Below are positions 28,202-37,790 of a DNA stretch of 52,349 bases, one piece after another. Below the pieces are notes generated by a model. That model worked only from the letters and a program-made list of their open reading frames with translations, did not search any database and had not been told where the DNA came from. Location of the stretch: positions 1-52,349 of IMG/VR virus record IMGVR_UViG_3300025018_000018; one strand, written 5' to 3'. Position 1 is the first letter of the stretch. Every line of letters starts with the position of its first letter. Made by a program: the position numbers and the translations under genes. The DNA comes from a virus. Taxonomy: Duplodnaviria; Caudoviricetes.

Positions 28202-28590
28202 TCAGATGGTTCCACGTCTGCTGTCGGCGGCGGCGTGACAACATGCTCAAACATTACGCGCAGTTCATCAAGCAATGACTCTGGAATGTATTGATAAAAT
28301 TGCAACCAACGCTCTGATAGAGCGTATGGGGCAGTCTGCATATAGTTGCAAAATGCCTGCCATTCCTCAGTTGCATCTTTCCCACAACTCACAACACTAT
28401 GGAAGTGGCTATCAAAGCCAAAGCATGTCAACTGTGTATCGTGCTGCCACTCTCCAACATTATCACCCCAGATCGTTGTGATCGACTGGAAGTTCATCAG
28501 TCTGCGTGGTGTTCGATGGGGTATCATTCTCAGGGTCACGTTCCCGTCCGCTGATGTCACCTGCTTTGTGAGTAGTTGCAGATAGTCCAC
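28168..28590 (-). CDS. Tail assembly chaperone G
   Basis: Between tail tube and tape measure; slippery GGGGGAA at 28201-28195. Confidence 0.75.
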   Translation of the reverse strand: MDYLQLLTKQVTSADGNVTLRMIPHRTPRRLMNFQSITTIWGDNVGEWQHDTQLTCFGFDSHFHSVVSCGKDATEEWQAFCNYMQTAPYALSERWLQFYQYIPESLLDELRVMFEHVVTPPPTADVEPSEGEADSAGDNK

Positions 28591-28771
28591 GTTTCACATC
28601 CTTAATTGCTTTTTTGAGGTCAAAATCTTTTGGTGGAAATGCGTCAATGATGATGTAATACCCATCCCCGATGTTGCTCCGTGTGATATTCCCATCGTGC
28701 AGTACGGGTTGTCCGCAGATGGTTTCAGTTGGAGCGAACTCACCGTGCTTGCCAACGCGCTTATCCATCAT
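28463..28771 (-). CDS. Hypothetical protein
   Basis: ORF after the tail tube gene, overlapping the chaperone 5' end. Confidence 0.55.
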   Translation of the reverse strand: MMDKRVGKHGEFAPTETICGQPVLHDGNITRSNIGDGYYIIIDAFPPKDFDLKKAIKDVKRGLSATTHKAGDISGRERDPENDTPSNTTQTDELPVDHNDLG

Positions 28772-28778
28772 GCACCCC

Positions 28779-29645
28779 CTACGGGACGACATATTCTGTG
28801 CCGTATAGCAGCACCACGATGTCAGCCGCGCCAGTAGCGGTGCGTGTCACCACGCCTGTACTGGTATTGATGCCTGTCACGCTGCCCTGCGTGCCATCCG
28901 TGGTAATGTTGTTGTCCGCCGTACCCGTTGCGGTAGACAATGCTGGGCGATACGGCAGGGTGAATGTCCCTGCGCTGCCGTCGTCAACATAGGTTGCTAA
29001 ATGAAGTGGGTAAGCCCCCTGCCAGCGTTCCACCATCGCCACGCTTCCGAACGAGCCTGTTCCCATGCCCGAGAACAATTCGCCGGACGCGCTGCGTGTG
29101 CTTTCGCTTGGGATAAGCACGTAGCTCAGGTTATTAGGATTGGACACGTCACCAGTCACGTTGCCCGCGCCGCCTTCGGCTGTCTGCCGAATGACCGCGT
29201 TAGGATAGATGCGTGTTTCCCACTTATCCTTCCCGGTTGTTATATCGTGCGTTCTGATGTTGAACCCCACGATAAACTTCGGTGTGCTTGCCTGGCGCGG
29301 GTTATCGGTTGTGATGGTGTGCGTGGTGTTGGTGGATGTATCCACCGTTGTCTTGGTGATGTAGGCGTAGAACGTCGGGTCAAACGTGTTGAGCGTAAAT
29401 GGCACATTGCCCTTGACCGCGCCTGCGGCGTATGTTGTGCCTTTGCGCGTGCCGCCATTGTCGAATGTAACCGCCGCCTGGGTGTCCGCGTCCGGGGCGA
29501 ACTCTACCGCGTTGTTCAGGACATACGCGCCGTAGACTGTGCCATTCACGGGACTGTCTGGTGTGGTTAACGCGCCCATCGGGTAGCCGTTGCTGTCCCG
29601 GAACGCAATCCACATCTGTGCTTGAAGAACATATCCGTAAGCCAT
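28779..29645 (-). CDS. Major tail (tube) protein
   Basis: Thr/Gly-rich beta protein at the canonical position. Confidence 0.8.
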   Translation of the reverse strand: MAYGYVLQAQMWIAFRDSNGYPMGALTTPDSPVNGTVYGAYVLNNAVEFAPDADTQAAVTFDNGGTRKGTTYAAGAVKGNVPFTLNTFDPTFYAYITKTTVDTSTNTTHTITTDNPRQASTPKFIVGFNIRTHDITTGKDKWETRIYPNAVIRQTAEGGAGNVTGDVSNPNNLSYVLIPSESTRSASGELFSGMGTGSFGSVAMVERWQGAYPLHLATYVDDGSAGTFTLPYRPALSTATGTADNNITTDGTQGSVTGINTSTGVVTRTATGAADIVVLLYGTEYVVP

Positions 29646-30178
29646 TATCTGTTTCTCCGTCTGCTTTTCACGGCGCGATTGAGTGCCGCGACAATTTCTT
29701 TCTGATAGAGTTCCCGCGCCGCCTCAAACCAGAATGACACGGTGTCTACCGCATCCTGCCAGCCTGTGTTGTCGTGGAATTTCTGCTTGCTTTTCAGGGC
29801 ATTGTTCCGAGATCGGAAGTCAATCGCCCCGACGACATACTTTGCATAATCGAATGGGTTGCGAACCACCAGCGTAAAACGCCCCTTTGCAGCGCGGGTG
29901 TCTAGTATCCAACCGTTGACCATCTTGTTGCTGCGAACAGTTGGGATGCCTCGCCCGAAGCCATTCGTCGCAAAAAACGCCCGCCGCTGTTTCTCGGATG
30001 TCCACTGAATCGGGTATTTGACTTTGCCGGGCTTTGCCCTGAGTTCATCCATCAGTTGCGGTTCGATGAGGTTTCGCACACGCTCCCCAACGAACGCGAC
30101 GCGCTCATCAACCTGCACCATGAAGTCCTCAAGCCCATCGAGCGGGGCTGCGTCAATACGCCAGCGTGCGGTTATCAT
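29645..30178 (-). CDS. Neck / tail completion protein (HK97 gp10-like)
   Basis: Basic protein; WTSEKQRRAFFA; NPFDYAKYVVG; QKFHDNTGW. Confidence 0.7.
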   Translation of the reverse strand: MITARWRIDAAPLDGLEDFMVQVDERVAFVGERVRNLIEPQLMDELRAKPGKVKYPIQWTSEKQRRAFFATNGFGRGIPTVRSNKMVNGWILDTRAAKGRFTLVVRNPFDYAKYVVGAIDFRSRNNALKSKQKFHDNTGWQDAVDTVSFWFEAARELYQKEIVAALNRAVKSRRRNR

Positions 30179-30645
30179 GTCGCCTCCGCGTTTTTCGTGA
30201 CATACTGCTGCCATGCCAACTGCCCACGCGCCCCGACCCACTGACCGTTGTCCTGGACAATTCCGACATTGGCGACGTTGATTTGCGTCAACTGCACCAT
30301 TCCCCACAAGCCCGCTGGTGCAGTGGGGTAGTTCGTGGTGCGGAAGTCGAATTTATCCTGCCAGTAATCAAGAATGGCTTCCATGTCCGTCTCAATCTGG
30401 TCAATCGTGTTGTCCAGATGCACGTTGTTGTCTCGTGCGCGGATCAGCATAAAGTCAGACGTTACGGTATGGATGAAGGTGCGGGCGTTCTGACGCGATG
30501 TGCGTGTGATCTTGATGTCGATGAGCCAGAACGGGAGATGCGCTGCGCTGGCAGGTAAGTAGCTCACCACCGGCGCATTGACGATCATCTGGCACGCATC
30601 TGCCAGCCGTAGTCGGTACGCACTGAAATCCATTTCGCCTGCCAT
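30175..30645 (-). CDS. Putative tail terminator / head-tail joining protein
   Basis: Position and size. Confidence 0.55.
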   Translation of the reverse strand: MAGEMDFSAYRLRLADACQMIVNAPVVSYLPASAAHLPFWLIDIKITRTSRQNARTFIHTVTSDFMLIRARDNNVHLDNTIDQIETDMEAILDYWQDKFDFRTTNYPTAPAGLWGMVQLTQINVANVGIVQDNGQWVGARGQLAWQQYVTKNAEAT

Positions 30646-30651
30646 CGCTTA

Positions 30652-31518
30652 TCACCCCGCTGTATTGCCAAAAAACACATGCTGATACCGCGCTAGAATT
30701 GCCGTCGCTTCATCCGGTATCTCAATCCCTGAAGTCAGAAACTGCCCATCAAAGCTCGTGCGCGTAAATTTACCGCGATTGTCAAAGTTGTACGCGGCAA
30801 TCAGTTGCGCGGCGCGTGCGATCTCCGGTTCAACTGTCCATACGTCAATCTGCGTTCCGTTGTCATGCGTTGCGGCGGTGCTGCCCAACGCCCCACGCAA
30901 CACGGTGAGAACATTGGTGCTGGTGTTGGTCGCGGACACAATCATGAACTCATCATCCACACGAATGACCTGCCCCGGCGTAAAGCGTGGCGTTTCGCCG
31001 TTGTAGTCCGCACCATCGGCATCCGTCACCGTGATGGTTGTCGCCGTCGTGTTGATGCCGCTACCATCCTGCACCGTGTCCAGACTGTTGAGCCATCCAT
31101 CCCGGCTATAGTTGGTGCGATAGCCGAAGACACCAGCGATGCTGATTTGATCGTCGGTGTCATTGAGGCTATCCAGCCATGTGCTGTTGTTGATCGCCTC
31201 AATCATGGATGCTGGTGAAACAGAATACGGAAACAGACGATAGTTGCTGCTGCTGACCGTATTCCCTGCTGCCGTGATGGATGTCACGCTGAGTATTACG
31301 TGCTGATTGAGTTCCAGCATCCGCGCCATGCGCCGCGTGACAATCTCCGCATATCCGATGATGTGCGTTTTGGTCTCCGGCACAAACACGCGATGCGTCA
31401 TGCCCTCGATGCGTTTCGTGACCTGACGCAGGTAACGCAGGACAACCGCCTGATCGGTGCTGGTGGTCGTCTTGGTGGTCTGGTCATCAAAGCCTCTCAG
31501 ATATGCGTAGGTATACAT
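30652..31518 (-). CDS. Head-tail connector (adaptor) protein with inserted beta domain
   Basis: VTKRIEGMTHRVF; AGVFGY; EPEIARAAQLIAA; insert IRVDDEFM...VLRGALGSTAATH. Confidence 0.75.
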   Translation of the reverse strand: MYTYAYLRGFDDQTTKTTTSTDQAVVLRYLRQVTKRIEGMTHRVFVPETKTHIIGYAEIVTRRMARMLELNQHVILSVTSITAAGNTVSSSNYRLFPYSVSPASMIEAINNSTWLDSLNDTDDQISIAGVFGYRTNYSRDGWLNSLDTVQDGSGINTTATTITVTDADGADYNGETPRFTPGQVIRVDDEFMIVSATNTSTNVLTVLRGALGSTAATHDNGTQIDVWTVEPEIARAAQLIAAYNFDNRGKFTRTSFDGQFLTSGIEIPDEATAILARYQHVFFGNTAG

Positions 31519-31841
31519 CAGACGTTTTCCAATATCCGAGCAATAATACTTTCTCGCTTGGTTAGTCTGCCCAAATCAATACCGTTTTCGTCAGCATAAT
31601 CCACAAGCGCATCATCGGTCATGCCATTGAGCATGGTTTCTATGAGCATGGTTTCTAGTGTCTCCTCAACATCAAGCGCATTAGTGTTGTCATCCACAAT
31701 TGGCGTTACAACCTCTGCGATGCCGTTATTTACCAGATATTGCCCCAACCCTTGCAAGGCTTTGGCATTGATGTCATATTCGCCTGGCTTGATGTATGCT
31801 CCCGCGCTGTTTTGGTAGATTCGTGTGAGTCTGATAATCAT
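31518..31841 (-). CDS. Small head-associated protein with C-terminal HeH-like motif
   Basis: MTDDALVDYADENGIDL...KRESIIARI. Confidence 0.6.
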   Translation of the reverse strand: MIIRLTRIYQNSAGAYIKPGEYDINAKALQGLGQYLVNNGIAEVVTPIVDDNTNALDVEETLETMLIETMLNGMTDDALVDYADENGIDLGRLTKRESIIARILENV

Positions 31842-31842
31842 A

Positions 31843-32211
31843 TTACACCTCGATCAATTGAACGATCACTGTTACAGCAGATGTAAGCTCCGCGCCTGCA
31901 CTGTCCACCGTCACTAAAAAGTTGTCGGTTTCGATATACGGACGTTGACTGTATTCCGTCTCCCCCGCCCCACTGGTATTCTGTGCTTGAATACGTGGGT
32001 GGTAGGTTGCATCTGTGTTGCTGGTGTTGATGTCCAGCAGCGTTCGCACGACCCCACGCGGTTCGGTGATGGTGACGTTTATCCCTGCATCTGCTGAGGC
32101 GTTGAAATCGAGGCGAATTGCCTCGATATAGCCTTTTGCATACAACCCGTTAAATGTTCCTGTTCCATCCCCGCCGCTGTCTGTATCAACCTTCAGCGTG
32201 TAGAATGTCAT
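31843..32211 (-). CDS. Putative capsid decoration / minor virion protein
   Basis: Beta-rich 122 aa downstream of capsid. Confidence 0.55.
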   Translation of the reverse strand: MTFYTLKVDTDSGGDGTGTFNGLYAKGYIEAIRLDFNASADAGINVTITEPRGVVRTLLDINTSNTDATYHPRIQAQNTSGAGETEYSQRPYIETDNFLVTVDSAGAELTSAVTVIVQLIEV

Positions 32212-32213
32212 GG

Positions 32214-32630
32214 TTATACATCCCAATCACAGAACATAACATATACCACAATGTTGATGTCTGCCGTTGTTGGATCGAGGCTGCCATCACTGGTATATGT
32301 CACGCCGAGTTTTGCACCGGCTGAGAATGGTTCGTTCCCAAATTCGATTGTGCTATAGAATTCGGTTGTGCTGGCGGTGTCTGCTGCAATTGTGAGCGTA
32401 GATGCCCCACCAATTTCCAAGTCAATATCCAAACTGCCTGCTGCAACCGCTGCGCTCAGTTGGATGCCATACCCTACAATGCAACCGTCTTTTGGCATAA
32501 CATAGGTATTGTTTACCCCGCCCAAAATAGGCACATCAGTTGCATCTTGAGACGCTGCAAGATTTGCTAATGCAAATACAAACTGGTGCTGCGGGCTACG
32601 TGTTGGTTCAATGATTTGTCCGATAGACAT
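32214..32630 (-). CDS. Putative capsid decoration protein
   Basis: Beta-sandwich-like 138 aa directly after capsid; RBS GAGGAG. Confidence 0.6.
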   Translation of the reverse strand: MSIGQIIEPTRSPQHQFVFALANLAASQDATDVPILGGVNNTYVMPKDGCIVGYGIQLSAAVAAGSLDIDLEIGGASTLTIAADTASTTEFYSTIEFGNEPFSAGAKLGVTYTSDGSLDPTTADINIVVYVMFCDWDV

Positions 32631-32649
32631 AGTAATCTCCTCAAATATA

Positions 32650-32675
32650 AAGGGTAGAGCGATTGCCCTACCCTT
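32650..32675 (-). terminator. Hairpin after the capsid gene
   Basis: AAGGGTAG...CTACCCTT inverted repeat. Confidence 0.6.
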
Positions 32676-32696
32676 CAGTTTGTCTCAGGTTGATGC

Positions 32697-35156
32697 TTAC
32701 ACGCCGATATTATACAGAATTGAGGCATCATCGTTGGATTGCGCGGTAAACGCAAACCGCACGGTTACCGTCAGTTGCCATGAGTCGTAGTAGCTCAGAT
32801 AATCGAAATTCGCAGCGATGCGACGACGATACCCGATATACCAAGACGGACGATGGACGATCAGCAGGCGACCCCGTTCAACAGCATTACCGCCACTGGT
32901 GATCTTGCCATCAGCATCCGCCAGATCAAGCTCATTCGAGATGAACACGGGAATGCCATCAATCACACCAATCTGTCCGTTCATGTTGGTGGCGCGATTG
33001 CCAGCCTTGTCCATTGTCAAGAATTCGTTCATGCCCAGGAGCTTTGCCTCAACCTCCGGATGGGTGATGATTGCTAGGTCAGATACATTCTGCTTGCTGC
33101 GATCCAGAAGGAACCGTGCCTTGCGGATGGCTGCCAGCGTTGGGGCTGCCCCGCTATGATCAGAGGCATTGGCACTCACTGTCACCAATGCGTGCTTAAT
33201 CAGCCCATTCATCGCAAAATACTTGCTAGGGGCAGCCGCGCTACCACCATCAAGGTTGATGTTGTTGCTTGTAGCGGTGTCGCCATTCAGCAGCACATTA
33301 TCAATGCTATTGAGGATGGCACGTTCAGCTTGTTGACGATACAACGGGATTGCGCCAGCAACCGCATCCTCTTCCAATTCGGATGCAATACCCACACGCA
33401 ATGCCAGCTTCTTAGCGGTCAATGTCACCTTTGCTGACCCAACCTTGCTATCTGGAATTGCAGAACCTGAACCAGATAATAACAACTGGTCTTCATTGGT
33501 TGTTTCGCTAACAAAGTATACAGAAGGATCGGTGCCTTCAACGGGCAGTTCATACGGATTGGTGGGCATTTCCATCACATTGAACAATGGGGCAACCACG
33601 TTATCCCGCCGCGCCTTACGCCAAATTTCTTCGCGCCAAGCAGTCGGGACATGCTCATCACCATAGCCGGACTGCGTGGGGTGGTTCAGTTCATTCGCCT
33701 TGACCGCGCCGGACTTAATTGCCCGTGCCAGATGGGTGAGTTGCGGATCGTAGGATTTACCCGCGCTCTGCGGATCGTCTACTTTATGAGCAAATGCCTG
33801 CCAGAAGCCATCCCCAAACGAGATGCCTTTACCGGATGACTGTTGCGCTTTGTTGAGTTCCGCTGCATAGCTAAAATCCTCAACATCCCAATGGTCGTAC
33901 CGCCGATCAACCATGCCAGTTACGCTTGTACCATTCCCGCTTTTCACGTTCGGGCGGCTGTATTCGGCGGGCTGCTGCTTTTCCCATGCTTCACGCTGAG
34001 AGGAGAACGCACCCTTGAGCGCGGATTCTGCCTGCTTCTGCGTCTCAGACCATTTCTTGAACAGCGCAAAGGTCTTCTGAGAAGCCTTCTCCGCCAGTTC
34101 TTCATAGTCCATCTTGTCGGGGTCTTCCGGCATGTTCTGCTTCATGTCGTCCACGACTTCTTCAGTCATGGCAGTAGCATCCGCCGGGGCAACACCGAGT
34201 TCCTTGAGTTGGTCGGCAACGATCTTGCTAATCATCGCCTGTAATTCTTCGGGTGTCATTTCTGCACTCTCCATCATTGTTGATTTGCTTACGTTAACCG
34301 CGTCTGTCGTCTCATCCTGCCCTGCTTCTATAGGCTCTTGGACAGCCTCTCTAAGCAGCAACTCATCAAACGATTTCTGCGAGTGGATTTTGGTTTCAAA
34401 TGGCATTGCAGGCGCAACGGTCAGCGACCCTTCCACCAATGCCCATTCCGCGATACGCCCATCGGGCAGTACCTTGACGCTGTGCGGGATTGCGCCGGAC
34501 GACCACCCAAGCCGACCATCCTTGACCAGCTTCATAATGGCTTCCGCATAGCGATTGCTCATGTCAATCTCCGCTTCGACCCATAGCCCGATGTCGTCCT
34601 GCTTGGCAGAGACGAATGTCCCGACGTTGTGGAACTTCGTACCTTCCTTGAAGCCGTGATTGTAGAGCGTCTTCAGCTTCAGCAAGCCATCTGGTATGTC
34701 GGTAAAGAACTCCGTTTCAGGCGTAAAATACTCACCTTCCAGATCTTTCTTGCTGGCATCGGAATACACCACCAGATACCCGCCCACGCGGTTGCCGCCT
34801 ACTGCCTTGACCGCGCTGCCGAAGTAATATTGTTTGGCATCCATCGCTACACTCTTTTCATCCGTGTTAATCCAGTCATAGCACGCCCAGAACCCTGGGC
34901 TGAACGGGTCTTTTTTCTCATCGCAACTGTGCCGCGTGATAAATGCCTCACGGCTCTCAGGGACATCGCGTTCCATCTGCTCGCCGGGTTGCCCGTAGTG
35001 GACGGTACGTTCATCATCCTGGTAGCGGACGGTGCGTTCGTACTTCTTATCATCCCGGCTGGATGGTCTGCGGCGGGTCGCCTGACACCGCACGCCGTTC
35101 AATTGGTAATCAAAAAAGTCTGCCTTGATAGCAGACTTATCTTGTGTATCGCTCAT
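32697..35156 (-). CDS. Fused HK97-type prohead protease / scaffold / major capsid protein with extra N-terminal domain
   Basis: Protease motifs DLEGEYFT, LYNHG, GLWVEAEI, GWSSGAIP; capsid motifs VTLTAKKLA, IASELEEDA, LLNGD, GQIGVIDGIPV. Confidence 0.92.
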   Translation of the reverse strand: MSDTQDKSAIKADFFDYQLNGVRCQATRRRPSSRDDKKYERTVRYQDDERTVHYGQPGEQMERDVPESREAFITRHSCDEKKDPFSPGFWACYDWINTDEKSVAMDAKQYYFGSAVKAVGGNRVGGYLVVYSDASKKDLEGEYFTPETEFFTDIPDGLLKLKTLYNHGFKEGTKFHNVGTFVSAKQDDIGLWVEAEIDMSNRYAEAIMKLVKDGRLGWSSGAIPHSVKVLPDGRIAEWALVEGSLTVAPAMPFETKIHSQKSFDELLLREAVQEPIEAGQDETTDAVNVSKSTMMESAEMTPEELQAMISKIVADQLKELGVAPADATAMTEEVVDDMKQNMPEDPDKMDYEELAEKASQKTFALFKKWSETQKQAESALKGAFSSQREAWEKQQPAEYSRPNVKSGNGTSVTGMVDRRYDHWDVEDFSYAAELNKAQQSSGKGISFGDGFWQAFAHKVDDPQSAGKSYDPQLTHLARAIKSGAVKANELNHPTQSGYGDEHVPTAWREEIWRKARRDNVVAPLFNVMEMPTNPYELPVEGTDPSVYFVSETTNEDQLLLSGSGSAIPDSKVGSAKVTLTAKKLALRVGIASELEEDAVAGAIPLYRQQAERAILNSIDNVLLNGDTATSNNINLDGGSAAAPSKYFAMNGLIKHALVTVSANASDHSGAAPTLAAIRKARFLLDRSKQNVSDLAIITHPEVEAKLLGMNEFLTMDKAGNRATNMNGQIGVIDGIPVFISNELDLADADGKITSGGNAVERGRLLIVHRPSWYIGYRRRIAANFDYLSYYDSWQLTVTVRFAFTAQSNDDASILYNIGV

Positions 35157-35165
35157 AGTCAACCC

Positions 35166-35372
35166 CTAGCAGGTAATGATGAACGGAGGCTTTAACGTGG
35201 GTGGTCTTCCGCACCTGCGACAACGTCCGCAACATGGGCAAACATCATCAAGTGGAGTAAGCACATGTGGAATCACAACGGTAGGCATAGTCTTCGCCGT
35301 AATGGATGTAGCATCTGTTACTCCCGTATAGGGTGACGTTATCACGTCTGAAAGTTTGTCATAATAAAACAT
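35166..35372 (-). CDS. Small Cys-rich protein
   Basis: CPCCGRCRRCGRPP; RBS GGAGGT. Confidence 0.6.
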   Translation of the reverse strand: MFYYDKLSDVITSPYTGVTDATSITAKTMPTVVIPHVLTPLDDVCPCCGRCRRCGRPPTLKPPFIITC

Positions 35373-35378
35373 CGCTTA

Positions 35379-36086
35379 TTACCTCCACAAACTTGGCGAT
35401 GTGGTGTTCGTCACAATCACCCCGCCGCGTATCTGCAACGGATTCCACGCTGCCTCACGTGCCTTACACGTCGGACAATGCTCCGCAATGCCCAGATCCC
35501 AATAGACATCCCAATTGCCTTCACCCGGTAGCTTGACCGGCTTCCATGCGCATTTGCAATTCGTCAGGCATTGGGTTGTCCCATCCCCCGGATAGGCGGG
35601 TAGATCGCCGATGCCTAATGCCTGGGTGTAGGCATTCTGTACCGTGCTGGTGGCGTTGCCGCCATACAGCATCGCCCGGCTGCGGATTGCGTCCGGGTTG
35701 TATTCATCCATGTTTCGTAGCTCATTCGTCCAGTTGTCCAGATAGGACAATTGTTCGTCAACCTTGCGCTGCACCCGCTGCATATCCGCCTGGGTGTAGT
35801 TGCTCAATCCGCCCGCCCCGCTAATGTCAGCGGTCAGGTGCAGGCTTGAGATTTCATCCGCCATACCGTTCCGCCATGCTTGCAGGTCGATGTCTCCATT
35901 GGCGAGTTGTTTCGCCAGTTCATCAGCCCTGCGGGCATAATGATTCAGATAGCGACGATACGCCCGATCCTGGATGCGCGGAACGCGGGTGCGTCGGTCA
36001 AATACATTCGAGATAACACCCCACAGGCGGCGTAATGTCTCACGCCCCCAGGCTTTGGTTGCGGTTGTCTCACACTGCTCGCACAT
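35379..36086 (-). CDS. Minor head / head morphogenesis protein (Mu gpF-like)
   Basis: PAYPGDGTTQCLTNCKC and AEHCPTC; lies after portal. Confidence 0.7.
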   Translation of the reverse strand: MCEQCETTATKAWGRETLRRLWGVISNVFDRRTRVPRIQDRAYRRYLNHYARRADELAKQLANGDIDLQAWRNGMADEISSLHLTADISGAGGLSNYTQADMQRVQRKVDEQLSYLDNWTNELRNMDEYNPDAIRSRAMLYGGNATSTVQNAYTQALGIGDLPAYPGDGTTQCLTNCKCAWKPVKLPGEGNWDVYWDLGIAEHCPTCKAREAAWNPLQIRGGVIVTNTTSPSLWR

Positions 36087-37788
36087 TGCCTGTATCCTCA
36101 ATCAGCGGATCAACCTCGCGGGTTAGCTCCGTAATGCCAAGCTCATCCCACAGATTAACCACATCCGCGAACAATGACGCATCAATGCGCCCTGGGATAT
36201 GATCGTCATTTTCGACTTGCTTAATTGTGTTGTTGATAACCGTCGCAAGGTCTGTCCCGCCTGCGACCTGGGACTTGATATAGCCTTCCAGGTGCGTGGG
36301 GATTGTCTCGCAATTAAAGTCGCGTGACTTGTTTTTCTTGGCGAAGTTCCGCCACGCCTTCAGTTCATCTACAATCGCGGTATTGCTGTTCATCGTTTGC
36401 TCCGGTAGTCTCAAAGTTGTTGGCTGTGGTAATTCCGGCGCAGGGGTAGCTTGGGCAATCGCGCCAAACGCCTGAGATAAATCTAGCACGCTCTGGCTTG
36501 GCATAGTGTTGGCAACCTTCAGCAAAATATCTTTGCTCATCGGTTGACCATTGATGATATAAATATTTGCCAATTCCTCATCAATATCATATCCGCGTGC
36601 CTCGCGTCCTTCGCCAATGCTGATAATGCCTGTTTGGACATCAGCGCGCGCCATGTCCGCTTTCCGTAGATCATTGTCCGTCATCAGGTTGAAGTCTGAA
36701 AAATCAAACTCGATGCGGTAATAATCATTACCCATCATGACAGGCAGCACGCTGTCATTAAAAAATGTTGCAATGCGTTCCAGTAACGGCTTGACCTTCA
36801 TCTGAATAAAACTGGCGCGAACATCCTCGGTTTCTTTATAGTTGGTGTTGGATGTATCACCAACTAATGCCAGCGGAACACCAAACGCCGCAAAAATTTC
36901 TTTACGAATTTCGATATTTGTTGCATACTGGCGATCTGTCTCTGGTTGTTCAAATGGTTGAAAAGTCAGCGGTGTAGAGGAGAAAAATCCATTGAAGCGA
37001 TTACCCGAACCACGTGCAAATTTTTGGAACTCGCGCTTCAATGCCTCAATTGCTTGCTGATTTCCAGCATATTTTTCCTCTGTTAAATAGGCTATAAAAT
37101 CAGGACGTGATCCATTTGCAAACCAATCCCGCAAGAATCGTTTGAAATTACGATTAATGTTAATCGTGTCCAAAGCTGCCATGATTGTGCTAGATCCACG
37201 TAGATCGTCCTCAGCATTAAATCCATGATCGTAAGCAACATCACGCACACCTAGCGTTAAATAATTACCGCGTCGGTCACTATATCGGTAACCTGTTATT
37301 TCCCCGGTGTAATCGTCGATTTCCACACCTAGCGGATTTAGCCAACATAGGTCGGTAGTCCAACCATAGTTGTTGCGGACCATCCACAAATAGGTTTCAT
37401 CATATAGCAGCGTGCTGTATGCAATGTGACGCAACAGGCTCATATTATATTTGCGTCGGTATCGGTTCATTGCTATATCAAGCGGGTGACGTGGACGAAT
37501 ATCTGTGCTGGCAGACGCTTCCGTATCATTATCAGAATCGCCACTTGCGTTCTCATAGATCGTCCAGGGTACGCTTTCCACGAGATCGGCATATAGATCA
37601 ACAGAGACTCGTACTGCCTCAACTAACGTATAGGATTGTGCCAATCCCATGCTTGACTGTGAGAGGTCACCGTTCGTCATCCAGCCAGTTAAACCAGATA
37701 GTGCCGATCCTCCCCATAATTTTGCACCCTGATGGGGCGTAGTCATAAAGCTTTTATATGCCCCTAAGAGGCGTTGTGTTAGTCCCAT
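36070..37788 (-). CDS. Portal protein (HK97 family)
   Basis: LCWLNP; DDLRGSS; WFANGSRP; EIFAAFGVPLALVG; ISIGEGREARGY. Confidence 0.93.
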   Translation of the reverse strand: MGLTQRLLGAYKSFMTTPHQGAKLWGGSALSGLTGWMTNGDLSQSSMGLAQSYTLVEAVRVSVDLYADLVESVPWTIYENASGDSDNDTEASASTDIRPRHPLDIAMNRYRRKYNMSLLRHIAYSTLLYDETYLWMVRNNYGWTTDLCWLNPLGVEIDDYTGEITGYRYSDRRGNYLTLGVRDVAYDHGFNAEDDLRGSSTIMAALDTININRNFKRFLRDWFANGSRPDFIAYLTEEKYAGNQQAIEALKREFQKFARGSGNRFNGFFSSTPLTFQPFEQPETDRQYATNIEIRKEIFAAFGVPLALVGDTSNTNYKETEDVRASFIQMKVKPLLERIATFFNDSVLPVMMGNDYYRIEFDFSDFNLMTDNDLRKADMARADVQTGIISIGEGREARGYDIDEELANIYIINGQPMSKDILLKVANTMPSQSVLDLSQAFGAIAQATPAPELPQPTTLRLPEQTMNSNTAIVDELKAWRNFAKKNKSRDFNCETIPTHLEGYIKSQVAGGTDLATVINNTIKQVENDDHIPGRIDASLFADVVNLWDELGITELTREVDPLIEDTGNVRAV

Positions 37789-37790
37789 AA

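Noticed and set aside
29001-34586. Long + strand ORFs antisense to the tail and capsid genes
   Set aside because: Shadow frames of strongly biased coding sequence; no RBS or motifs
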